DNA of 34,199 nucleotides, from positions 1 through 34,199 of the IMG/VR virus record IMGVR_UViG_3300032303_000855. The stretch is one strand, 5' to 3'. Made by a program: the position numbers and the translations under genes. The notes beneath the pieces were generated by a model. It worked only from the letters and a program-made list of their open reading frames with translations, made no database searches and was not told the DNA's origin. Source of the DNA: a virus (lineage: Duplodnaviria > Caudoviricetes). Below are positions 26,499-34,199 of the stretch, in pieces; the first letter of the stretch is position 1; the number at the start of each line of letters is the position of its first letter.

Positions 26499-27250
26499 CC
26501 GAATTTGCCAAACCAGGCGATGTCCATCAAAACCTTGCCGATGAATTACGCAGCGTCATCGGCAAGGCGGCGATGAACGCACCGCGTTCACGCCAAAGCG
26601 CCGTTGGACTCAGCGAGGTGGGCGAGCCTTGCATCAGAAAATTGGCATACAAGATTCTTGATTTTGATAAGACAAATCGTTCATCTGATCCTTGGCCAGC
26701 GATTCAAGGAACTGCAATCCATGCCTGGCTTGCCGAGCAATTCAGCGACGTGTATGACGGCGAAGAAAATCAACTTTATTTAGTAGAAACACCTGTCAAA
26801 GCTGCGGAAGGTTTAGAAGGCACAGCCGACTTATTTGATGTGCGTCAAGGAATGGTCATTGACCACAAATGTGTTGGTGCAACTTCTATGAACAACGCCA
26901 AGAAGCGCGGGATGACAGAGCAACAGCGTGTGCAAATAAACCTTTATGGACTCGGATTTGAGAACGCTGGATACAAGGTTGAGAAAGTGGCGCTTGCCTT
27001 TTATCCCCTAGGTGGACGCCTAGATGGAATGCACACGATTGTTGAGGCATACAACCGAAAGATTGCTACCGATGCAATCCAGCGATACGAGCATTTACAA
27101 GCCTTGGTGTGGCAACTAGACCCCGAGAACAGCCCCGCCACCTGGGATTTGTTACCCATGACCATTTCATATCTTTGCACTTACTGTCCCTGGCTTTTGC
27201 CAAAGTCTCGCAATCTGTCAAAAGGATGCCCCGGGGAGATAGTCGCATGA
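26495..27250 (+). CDS. Cas4/RecB-like PD-(D/E)XK exonuclease
   Basis: SEVGEPC.RK, GTAIH, GTADL, IDHK, QINLYG, C-terminal CxxC...C. Confidence 0.88.
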   Translation: MTEFAKPGDVHQNLADELRSVIGKAAMNAPRSRQSAVGLSEVGEPCIRKLAYKILDFDKTNRSSDPWPAIQGTAIHAWLAEQFSDVYDGEENQLYLVETPVKAAEGLEGTADLFDVRQGMVIDHKCVGATSMNNAKKRGMTEQQRVQINLYGLGFENAGYKVEKVALAFYPLGGRLDGMHTIVEAYNRKIATDAIQRYEHLQALVWQLDPENSPATWDLLPMTISYLCTYCPWLLPKSRNLSKGCPGEIVA

Positions 27251-27435
27251 GTCCGACATATTCCTATCGCTGCGGTCACTGTGGCTGGTCAATTGCTATC
27301 AATAAAAGCATTGCACAACGCGATGAAGCGCCCATGTGTGGCGATTGTTGTGTGCAGATGACCCGAGAAGTATCACAAGCAGTCGGATCATCGTTTAAGG
27401 GTCAGGGCTTTTATACAACGGATTCACGCCGATGA
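27247..27435 (+). CDS. FmdB-like Zn-ribbon protein
   Basis: MSPTYSYRCGHCG...PMCGDC...FKGQGFYTTD; ATGA overlaps at both ends. Confidence 0.85.
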   Translation: MSPTYSYRCGHCGWSIAINKSIAQRDEAPMCGDCCVQMTREVSQAVGSSFKGQGFYTTDSRR

Positions 27436-28157
27436 ACGCAGTCAGTCTCTTTGCAGGGGTAGGCGGATTTGACCTTGCCTTTGAACGCAACGGGATTGAC
27501 GTGATTGCAGCGGTTGAAATTGATGCACAGGCTCGTGGAGTTTTGAAACAGAATTTTCCAAAGACAAATTTGTTCGACGATGTCTGCAAAGTTACAGGGA
27601 AGGATTTACTAGATGCCGGATTCAAACCAAGTGAAGGAATCATTGCTGGCGGATTTCCTTGCCAAGATTTGTCAATTGCAGGGAAGCGAGCTGGACTCGA
27701 TGGTGCTCGCTCTGGACTCTTCTTTGAAATTGTTCGACTCCTCGATGAAACCAAAGCGAAGTATTTCATCCTCGAAAATGTCCCTGGCTTACTTAGTTCG
27801 CAATCAGGATCAGACATGGCAACTGTCATCAGCGCGTTGGATGACCTCGGGTATCACGTCGCGTGGCGAGTGCTTGATGCTCAATTCTTCGGAGTTCCCC
27901 AGCGACGCCGTCGAGTGTTCATTGTCGGATGTCTTGGAGACAACTGGTCAACACCTGCACAAATACTCGCTCTCAGCCAAGGCCGCGCAGGGCATCTTGC
28001 GAAGAGCAACGCGCAGGGAAAAGACGTTGCCGGAAACGCTAGAAAAAGCGTTACGCGAATGCGCGGCTGCGGAGAATACCAATTAGACCTCACAGCCCCC
28101 GAATTTCTTACAACGGATCAAACAGATGCAACTGACCTTGTGGTTCACAAAGAGTAA
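27432..28157 (+). CDS. C5-cytosine DNA methyltransferase, N-terminal part (motifs I-VIII)
   Basis: SLFAGVGG, GGFPCQ, ENVPG, PQRRRRVF; ends without motifs IX/X. Confidence 0.93.
   Translation: MNAVSLFAGVGGFDLAFERNGIDVIAAVEIDAQARGVLKQNFPKTNLFDDVCKVTGKDLLDAGFKPSEGIIAGGFPCQDLSIAGKRAGLDGARSGLFFEIVRLLDETKAKYFILENVPGLLSSQSGSDMATVISALDDLGYHVAWRVLDAQFFGVPQRRRRVFIVGCLGDNWSTPAQILALSQGRAGHLAKSNAQGKDVAGNARKSVTRMRGCGEYQLDLTAPEFLTTDQTDATDLVVHKE
27613..28086 (+). CDS. Nested +1-frame ORF, candidate methyltransferase small (beta-like) subunit; start uncertain
   Basis: 157 codons inside the MTase gene; C-terminal SEFPSDAVECSLSDVLE...KYSLSAKAAQGILRRA resembles overlapping MTase partner peptides. Confidence 0.62.
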   Translation: MPDSNQVKESLLADFLAKICQLQGSELDSMVLALDSSLKLFDSSMKPKRSISSSKMSLAYLVRNQDQTWQLSSARWMTSGITSRGECLMLNSSEFPSDAVECSLSDVLETTGQHLHKYSLSAKAAQGILRRATRREKTLPETLEKALRECAAAENTN

Positions 28158-28332
28158 GCGAGCACAGAATGTTGACGACAACGAGTCATGGAAGCGGGGG
28201 GGGGTAGTGCCAACTTTGAATGCGTTTGATATGGGTGACACACGAGCAACTGTTTTGATTCTTACCGAACCAATTTTGATGCGAGATCGAGAAGGAAAAG
28301 CGGGGGGGGGGCAAAGGATTGTTGATAAGTAA
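28126..28332 (+). CDS. Methyltransferase variable/target-recognition fragment, cut short at a G10 tract
   Basis: VVPTLNAFD and REGKAGGG motifs; joins the next ORF if one G is removed. Confidence 0.65.
   Translation: MQLTLWFTKSKRAQNVDDNESWKRGGVVPTLNAFDMGDTRATVLILTEPILMRDREGKAGGGQRIVDK
28302..28311 (+). repeat. G10 homopolymer (a second G9 tract lies at 28196-28204)
   Basis: Read directly from the sequence. Confidence 0.9.
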
Positions 28333-28663
28333 TAAGGCTTTCACTCTTTCCTCCGCAAATTTCCATGCTTTGTTTGAGCCTCAGAAAAAAGATGACACGC
28401 AAGGGACAGTCCGTCGCTTGACACCAACAGAGTGTGAGCGACTCCAAGGTTTTCCTGACGGATGGACTGCCGAACGCTTCGACGAAAAGAAGCAAGAAGT
28501 CGTCGCTCAAGCAGACTCAAACCGCTACAAGCAGATGGGAAATGCAGTTGCAGTGCCTGTCGTGGAATGGATTATCCAGCGCCTAGTCGCTGCAAACAAA
28601 GAATTGACATCACAAGATGACAATGCAACACCCCAACCAAAAACAGAAAGCAGGGAACGATGA
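28319..28663 (+). CDS. C5 methyltransferase C-terminal fragment (motifs IX-X)
   Basis: VRRLTPTECERLQGFPDGWT, RYKQMGNAVAVPV. Confidence 0.88.
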   Translation: MLISNKAFTLSSANFHALFEPQKKDDTQGTVRRLTPTECERLQGFPDGWTAERFDEKKQEVVAQADSNRYKQMGNAVAVPVVEWIIQRLVAANKELTSQDDNATPQPKTESRER

Positions 28664-29112
28664 CATTTACAGACCCATCATCTAGCTCTGAGAGTGTGAA
28701 GCCAGCCGATTTGGATGGTCACCTTCTCATCATCAAGCCAATCGAATACAAGGCAAACATCTCCACTTCACTTGGGGATACCGACGCAATCGAGTGCAAC
28801 ATCATTGACGTGACAACAGGCAAGCACCATGACAGCGTCTTGTTCTTCAACGTTGCACTGAAATCCGCACTCAAATCAAACATTGACAAGATTGTTTTGG
28901 CTCGCATGGGTCAAGGCATCGCTAAGCCAGGCAAGTCAGCGCCTTGGATTCTCAATCCAGTAACAGACCCGGGCGACATCGCCTCAGCCACCGCCGCGCT
29001 TGCAGGTGCTGCAAAGGCTGCACCAGCACAGCCTGTGGCACAGGCGGCGGCGACAGCCATCACTCCTGAAGTGCAAGCGTTACTGGATCAACTAGGCGCA
29101 AAGGTCGTCTAA
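28660..29112 (+). CDS. Putative ssDNA-binding protein (actinophage type)
   Basis: Beta-rich, AKPGKSAPW motif, Ala/Pro tail; located in the replication module. Confidence 0.55.
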   Translation: MTFTDPSSSSESVKPADLDGHLLIIKPIEYKANISTSLGDTDAIECNIIDVTTGKHHDSVLFFNVALKSALKSNIDKIVLARMGQGIAKPGKSAPWILNPVTDPGDIASATAALAGAAKAAPAQPVAQAAATAITPEVQALLDQLGAKVV

Positions 29113-29120
29113 GAAACAAG

Positions 29121-29182
29121 TTTGCTGATGTGTGTGTGAGGTGTGCCTTTCTACCTTTTACGCAGTTCGGGGCATCAGCAAA
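29121..29182 (+). other. Long stem-loop after the SSB-like gene
   Basis: TTTGCTGATG / CATCAGCAAA outer stem; inner TGTGTGA/TTACGCA and GGTG/TACC; apex TGCCTTTC. Confidence 0.6.
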
Positions 29183-29183
29183 A

Positions 29184-29244
29184 CCCGTTGGCAGGTTCGC
29201 ATCGATGGAGAAGCGGTTGAGGTTCAACTCCTCACAACGGACAA
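29184..29244 (+). ncRNA. tRNA-like element (acceptor stem + T arm, reduced D/anticodon region)
   Basis: CCGTTG/CAACGG acceptor-like stem stacked on TGAGG-TTCAACT-CCTCA; only 27 nt between the arms. Confidence 0.55.
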
Positions 29245-29267
29245 GGCAGACAACAAGGGGGTTTGGC

Positions 29268-29513
29268 ATGGCAATCAAGATGGACAGCACCGATGACTCA
29301 GGCAATTGCTTGTGTCCCGACCTTTCAAAGTTGTGGACAAATGAAGAAGTCCAACAACTCTTGGATGACATTATCTTTTGGGTTGGAACAACCAAGACAT
29401 TGAAACATCGCGACTTTCCAACTCTTGTTGAGAACGTAGCATATCTCCTGGCCATTGAAGATTCCATCCATCGCATCAAGCAACGTAAATGGACAGTCAG
29501 AGATGGCAAATGA
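29268..29513 (+). CDS. Hypothetical protein
   Basis: ATG at 29268 after AAGGGGG; ATGA overlap with the next gene. Confidence 0.65.
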   Translation: MAIKMDSTDDSGNCLCPDLSKLWTNEEVQQLLDDIIFWVGTTKTLKHRDFPTLVENVAYLLAIEDSIHRIKQRKWTVRDGK

Positions 29514-29722
29514 CCCCATTCCCATTGCGTTACAAGAAAACCACACCATTTTCGAACGAATGCTGTTGGTTTGAAGATAACGGCGAAGGGTTGATGGACT
29601 CGTGTTTGCAGGTCGCAACGACAGGTTTCTATTACGACAGAGGTGAAGTCATTCGCTTGATCTCACTTTGTCAATATCACGCAATTGTCCAGGAGTCATT
29701 ATTTAAGGCGGGGATGGAATGA
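29510..29722 (+). CDS. Small Cys-containing hypothetical protein
   Basis: ATGA overlaps at both ends; CC...C...CQYH. Confidence 0.65.
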   Translation: MTPFPLRYKKTTPFSNECCWFEDNGEGLMDSCLQVATTGFYYDRGEVIRLISLCQYHAIVQESLFKAGME

Positions 29723-31809
29723 ACGAGGTCATGCAAGCAGCGTTGGCATTTAGAGATGCCGGTGTCTCAGTTGTTCCTGCCGCAATGGATGGATCGAAAG
29801 CGCCAATCGGTACATGGAAGAAGTATCAAGTGAGCATGGCAGATGAAGAGCAACTGGCTGCATGGTTTAGTGGCGCAGCCACAGGCATCGGCATCGTCAC
29901 TGGCAAAGTCAGCGGCAATCTTGAAATGGTCGAGCTTGAAGGACGCGCCGTTGCCGAGGGCTGTTTAGATGAAATCAGAGAGATTGCAATCAACTCAGGT
30001 CTCGGCGACTTATGGACAATCATTTCCACTGGCTATGTTGAACGAACACCATCGGGCGGCATTCACTTCTTATGGCGAATCGCAGATGAGCCTGTTCCTG
30101 GCAACACGAAGTTTGCAAGGCGACCAGGGGAGAACAACACAGTTCTTGTCTATGCAGAGAGCCGAGGCGAGGGCGGCTTTGTGGTCACAGCGCCATCGTC
30201 AGGGACAGTTCATCCGTCAGGTCAGCCTTGGCAGTTGCTAGTCGGATCACCACTGACAATTCCAATGTTGTCGTGGGAAGAACGTGAGGCAATTGTCTCT
30301 GTATTCAAATCAATTGATTCCATGCCTGAGAAAGAAACAATCGTTGCAGCGTTGCAAACTCATCCAGCTTCAACAGGTGAAAAACCAGGCGATGACTTCA
30401 ACGAGCGAGGCGATTGGGCTGAGATTCTCGTTGGATGGCGAAAGGTCTATACAGCCAATGGCGTGACCTATTGGCGCAGACCAGGCAAGGAGACCGGCAT
30501 ATCGGCCACGACAGGGCGCAACGACGCCGACAATCTCTTTGTCTTTACATCTTCGACAACTTTTGAACAAGAGCGCCCATATTCAAAATTTGCAGCCTTT
30601 GCACACTTACACCACAACGATGACTTCTCATCTGCTGCAAAAGAATTGCGTTCACGAGGATTCGGATCAACGTCATCATCCCTACCCACACTGACAGAGT
30701 TGATGAGCACACCAAGTCTTTCTCTTGTTCCTGACCTCGATGCAGACCATGTCGAAGAGCAGCGAGAACGCTCAACCTGGTATCCAAAGCCTTTAGACCT
30801 CACAGGTGAGATTGAAGAGCCATCACCTGAATTCCTCAGCCGCAACGACGGACACAGACTCTTCTATCGAGGCAAAATCAACGCACTGCTCGGCGAGTCC
30901 GAGTCAGGAAAGACATGGGTTGCATTACTGGCAGTTAAGCAAGCCTTAGATGTCCAACAAAAGGTCATATACCTAGACTTTGAAGATTCCGGCAAAGGCA
31001 TTTTGGCAAGACTGCGCTCAATGGGCATTGAAGATGCCAAGTTTGCAAACTTTACCTACGCCAACCCTGACCAAAATCTCGCACTAGACGAGCGCATTGA
31101 CCTACTTGATGCCTTGAGAGAGATAAACCCTGAACTCATCATCGTCGATGGCGTCAACGCTGCCATGACGCTGCTCAACCTGGAACTAACAAGCAACAGA
31201 GACGCCACATTCTTCAGCCAACAACTCCTCAAGCCACTGGCTGCGTCAGGCGCGTGTGTCGTGACCATCGACCATGTTCCGAAGTCAAAAGACAATCGCG
31301 GCAACTACGCCATCGGCGCTCAAGCCAAGCGAGCAGACATTAACGGCTGCGCCATCGCCGTCGAAGTCACCCTGCCATTTGGCAAGGGCATGAATGGCGA
31401 GCTACAACTCAAAGTCACCAAGGATCGACCAGGTGCGGTGAGAGAGAACTCAAAAGAGGCGAAGTTTGCTGGCACTGTCTCACTCAGGTCATCTCGTGAG
31501 GGAAATGTCGTGATGGTCATCGAAAGTCCACAGATGACGGGAGATAAGACGAGGCCGACTCATCTCATGGAGCAAGTCAGTCGAACATTAGAAGGATCAC
31601 AGATGCCTCTCTCCAAGAATGCTGTTGAAAAAGAAATAAAGGGCAAGGCCGAGTGGGTGCGAATTGCCATCCAAACTCTCATTGATGAGAAGTATGTTGT
31701 CATCGAAAACGGCTCTCGAAACGCTCTTAACCTCAAATCAGTCCGTCAATATCGAGAATCTGACGAGGTTGTTTCACCACTTCATTGGCAAGAGGCGAAT
31801 GATGTTTGA
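29719..31809 (+). CDS. Bifunctional primase-polymerase fused to RepA/AAA_25-type helicase
   Basis: KAP..W, GIGIVTG, ELE, TPSGGIHF, ESRGEGGFVV.APS; Walker A GESESGKT, YLDFE, IIVDG, IDH. Confidence 0.92.
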   Translation: MNEVMQAALAFRDAGVSVVPAAMDGSKAPIGTWKKYQVSMADEEQLAAWFSGAATGIGIVTGKVSGNLEMVELEGRAVAEGCLDEIREIAINSGLGDLWTIISTGYVERTPSGGIHFLWRIADEPVPGNTKFARRPGENNTVLVYAESRGEGGFVVTAPSSGTVHPSGQPWQLLVGSPLTIPMLSWEEREAIVSVFKSIDSMPEKETIVAALQTHPASTGEKPGDDFNERGDWAEILVGWRKVYTANGVTYWRRPGKETGISATTGRNDADNLFVFTSSTTFEQERPYSKFAAFAHLHHNDDFSSAAKELRSRGFGSTSSSLPTLTELMSTPSLSLVPDLDADHVEEQRERSTWYPKPLDLTGEIEEPSPEFLSRNDGHRLFYRGKINALLGESESGKTWVALLAVKQALDVQQKVIYLDFEDSGKGILARLRSMGIEDAKFANFTYANPDQNLALDERIDLLDALREINPELIIVDGVNAAMTLLNLELTSNRDATFFSQQLLKPLAASGACVVTIDHVPKSKDNRGNYAIGAQAKRADINGCAIAVEVTLPFGKGMNGELQLKVTKDRPGAVRENSKEAKFAGTVSLRSSREGNVVMVIESPQMTGDKTRPTHLMEQVSRTLEGSQMPLSKNAVEKEIKGKAEWVRIAIQTLIDEKYVVIENGSRNALNLKSVRQYRESDEVVSPLHWQEANDV

Positions 31810-31965
31810 CCTCGTCCCACCTCGTCCCGACCTCGTCCCGGACGAACTGACCAATACCAATCGACTTCGTCCCATCGTCCCCCTCTCTAAGAGGGGACGA
31901 GGACGAGGTCAGATGGTGAGCGCAAAACCATGACTGAATACCTAATATCCACACCACCTCGTCCC
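31809..31965. repeat. Iteron-like (ACC)TCGTCCC cluster, putative replication origin
   Basis: ACCTCGTCCC at 31809, 31819, 31830 and 31956; TCGTCCC at 31867 and 31875; inverted GGACGA at 31840, 31895 and 31901. Confidence 0.78.
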
Positions 31966-32271
31966 GAGCTTTGTTTGCGATGCAAGGGGTGGGTTTTGAC
32001 ATCTCAAGTCTTTGGATTTGAAACGAAAGTTGAGCCGAACCCACTCAACCTTGTCGAAGAGGTCAAGGCTCGTATTGAAGGACGAAAAATCTTTCAGACC
32101 TTTGGCACAGTCGAGCCAATCTTGGTCAGGCGCTCGATGTGGCACATCGCAAACATCGATCCGCATACGAAGGTGTTGGTTGCCCACGATTGCAAAAGGC
32201 CGACCTATTTCGAGCCACAGCCGCTATTTGAAAGCCAAGTGTCAACCCATTCCGAAGGAGCGCCATTTTAG
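31930..32271 (+). CDS. Hypothetical protein (CxxC ... HxC)
   Basis: 113-aa ORF; its 3' end carries the RBS for the next gene. Confidence 0.7.
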   Translation: MTEYLISTPPRPELCLRCKGWVLTSQVFGFETKVEPNPLNLVEEVKARIEGRKIFQTFGTVEPILVRRSMWHIANIDPHTKVLVAHDCKRPTYFEPQPLFESQVSTHSEGAPF

Positions 32272-33033
32272 ATGACATGTTCAATGTGCAACAACAGCGT
32301 CCAAGTCCAAGGGCTTTGTAACAGATGCCATGCCAAATTCCATCAGATGCTCGATGACCTCGGTGAGTTGTGGCGTGACAGTCACATGGAGTTGTTACCT
32401 GGTAAGTCAGGAGGCGGGGGCAGGTCGAGTGAGAGAACTATTGGACTCAACGTGGCGGCGCTGTCATTTGTCGCTGGCTCAGACATTCTCGGCATCTTGC
32501 ATGAGTGGGAGAAGGTAGTCCGAGCCGATAGACAACTGACGCCGCCAGCGTTCGTGCGCAAGCCTGAGTCAGTAGGCGCAGAGATAGTTGATGCAATCGC
32601 CTTCGCCCAAACCCACCTGCGATGGGCGGGGGAGCAGGAATGGATTAGGGAGTACATGCGAGAGGTGAAGGAGCTTCACGCGATGGGGATGGCGGCGGCG
32701 CGAAAGTTTGTGAAGAAGGCTCGGCGCATTGCCTGTCCAGCAGAGATTGCAGATGGCGGCAATTGCAATAACCTCTTGAAGATAAACGATGATGATCCGT
32801 TGGACATCTTCCAATGCAGGAAGTGCGAGAGCCAGTGGACAACACTGCGATTGATTGCGGTAGCCATGTCTGACCCAACCCGAGACATTTGGCTGGATGC
32901 TGAAGCCATTGCATCTTGGACTCATATTCAAGAACGCCAGGTCTATCGAATTGCAAGGCGAGAAGGCATTGCGAAAAAGGGGCAGCTCTACAATGTCAAA
33001 CAATTTCTTGCTCATGTAAACCAGGCGATTTGA
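32272..33033 (+). CDS. Zn-finger protein with C-terminal HTH, possible late-gene regulator
   Basis: CxxC-x8-CxxC, CP...C...CxxC, and DAEAIA...ERQVYRIARR...LYNV. Confidence 0.7.
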   Translation: MTCSMCNNSVQVQGLCNRCHAKFHQMLDDLGELWRDSHMELLPGKSGGGGRSSERTIGLNVAALSFVAGSDILGILHEWEKVVRADRQLTPPAFVRKPESVGAEIVDAIAFAQTHLRWAGEQEWIREYMREVKELHAMGMAAARKFVKKARRIACPAEIADGGNCNNLLKINDDDPLDIFQCRKCESQWTTLRLIAVAMSDPTRDIWLDAEAIASWTHIQERQVYRIARREGIAKKGQLYNVKQFLAHVNQAI

Positions 33034-33100
33034 CTTGTCATGTCAAAGTTAGGGAGTACGATTAAGCGTCGGCGAAAAGTGTCAAAACACTCACGCCGAC
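33029..33100 (+). promoter_or_regulatory. Putative late promoter with palindrome and leader hairpin
   Basis: TTGTCA-N16-TACGAT (33035-33062); TTTGAC-N7-GTCAAA palindrome; hairpin GTCGGCG/CGCCGAC at 33068-33100. Confidence 0.5.
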
Positions 33101-33127
33101 ATTGTCATTTCAGAAAGGTATTCCACT

Positions 33128-33280
33128 ATGACTAACACAGTGGAAATTACTGACGTGGACAATGTCATTGATAACATCCTGGCGCATCTTTCGGAAGTCA
33201 TTCGTATCGAACACAACATTCCACGAAAAGAAGCACTTCAGGTTGTTGTTGATTCATTGTTGGATCAGAGAAAGAAATGA
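33128..33280 (+). CDS. 50-aa hypothetical protein (not in ORF track)
   Basis: RBS GAAAGG; MTNTVEITDVDNVIDNILAHL...VDSLLDQRKK; ATGA overlap with the next gene. Confidence 0.7.
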   Translation: MTNTVEITDVDNVIDNILAHLSEVIRIEHNIPRKEALQVVVDSLLDQRKK

Positions 33281-33813
33281 CAACTATTGTTGCTGTGCAG
33301 TCACATGATAGAGTTTTGTTTGGTGCTGACTCACAAGTAACTGCACCAAATGGCAGAAAGTATTCTGCACAAGCAATGGTGAAGATAAGTCAGCGCAATG
33401 GATACATCATTGCTGGTTCAGGTGAGTGCGCACCATGCGATATAGCACAGCACATTTGGTTACCACCAACACCTACTGCAAAAGATAAGCGCGACCTGTA
33501 TCACTACATGATTGCCAAGGTAGTCCCATCACTTAAGGTTTGTTTCAAAGATAATGATTACAAACCAAACAATGATGATGAGGATGCAAACTCATTCTCC
33601 TTCTTAATTGCGTTATGTGGTGAGTTGTTTGAGATAGCAGATGACTTCTCAGTATCGCGAGATGACTCAGGCTTCTATGGTGTAGGCAGTGGTAGTGGGT
33701 ACGCAATAGGTGCGCTATATGCAGGTGCATCAATAGAACATGCGCTGACTATCGCATCACGCAATGACGCTTACACATCAGCACCATTCATTTACATAGA
33801 GCAGAGTAAGTGA
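33277..33813 (+). CDS. Ntn-hydrolase, proteasome beta/HslV-like protease
   Basis: N-terminal MTTIVAV, GADSQVT, conserved Lys (VKI), IAGSG, GVGSGS.YA.GAL, D.YTS. Confidence 0.85.
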   Translation: MTTIVAVQSHDRVLFGADSQVTAPNGRKYSAQAMVKISQRNGYIIAGSGECAPCDIAQHIWLPPTPTAKDKRDLYHYMIAKVVPSLKVCFKDNDYKPNNDDEDANSFSFLIALCGELFEIADDFSVSRDDSGFYGVGSGSGYAIGALYAGASIEHALTIASRNDAYTSAPFIYIEQSK

Positions 33814-34148
33814 TGCCTAAGTTGCCATGTATTAGATGCGGTGTACCGATACAACCAAACAAGTTTAGTCGCTGCAATAATTGTTTAGAGATACACATTG
33901 CAGCACAACCACCAAGAATCAGAGCCAATGCCAATGCTCGTGGCTATGACGCACAGTGGCGCAAACTTCGTGAGTTCATATTGCAACGCGATGGCATGGT
34001 CTGCAATTACTGCCAAATAAAATTAGATTCAACGAACGCATCTGTCGATCATGTCATCCCACTGAGCAAGGACAAGTCCTTGTCGCACACACCATCAAAC
34101 TTGGTTGCTTGTTGCAGAAAATGCAACTCATCTCTTCAAGCTAAGTAA
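33810..34148 (+). CDS. HNH endonuclease (packaging-associated, HK97 gp74-like)
   Basis: RGYDAQWRKLR, RD...CNYC, VDHVIP, NLVACCRKCN; precedes terS on circularisation. Confidence 0.9.
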   Translation: MMPKLPCIRCGVPIQPNKFSRCNNCLEIHIAAQPPRIRANANARGYDAQWRKLREFILQRDGMVCNYCQIKLDSTNASVDHVIPLSKDKSLSHTPSNLVACCRKCNSSLQAK

Positions 34149-34199
34149 AAAACAACATCCACGCTCAAGACCTGTTTTTCCTCCGACGCTTATATAGAC

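Noticed and set aside
26495-27250. Cas4-like nuclease as evidence of a CRISPR system
   Set aside because: No repeat-spacer array or other cas gene seen; solo Cas4-like exonucleases are common in phages.
29129-29138. (TG)5 microsatellite
   Set aside because: Short, non-coding and explained as a G:U-rich arm of the local hairpin.
31664-31933. 89-aa ORF spanning the iteron array
   Set aside because: The peptide is just the translated repeats and overlaps the helicase; a short 31799/31802-31933 coupling ORF cannot be excluded.

Overview
The window looks like a complete or near-complete ~34.2 kb siphovirus genome with HK97-type packaging. The host is probably an actinobacterium (WhiB gene, actinophage-like gene set); a low-GC freshwater lineage is inferred, not shown. 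The + strand runs terS, terL, portal, an extended prohead protease, capsid, a GT2 glycosyltransferase, neck genes, two tandem tail-tube genes, a chaperone with a probable -1 frameshift, tape measure, tail-tip genes (three tandem paralogs), a membrane/lysis block with a CHAP endolysin, an EndoVII-type nuclease and a GT2 + NDP-sugar epimerase cassette. A bidirectional terminator follows at ~22.05 kb. A short leftward operon and a tyrosine recombinase come next, with no recognisable CI repressor. The rightward early arm carries a resolvase, WhiB, a transglycosylase, a Cas4-like nuclease, a fragmented C5 methyltransferase, an SSB-like gene, a primase-polymerase/helicase with an iteron cluster, an Ntn protease and a terminal HNH. 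Most notable: (1) a methyltransferase spread over four ORFs in three frames, with a nested subunit and a G10 tract that breaks the C-terminal part; (2) a stem-loop complementary to the translation-start regions on both sides of it, a candidate RNA switch where a repressor would be expected; (3) a 61-nt tRNA-like acceptor/T-arm element; (4) a split glycosylation system; (5) duplicated tail-tube genes. All family calls come from reading motifs by eye, not from database searches.
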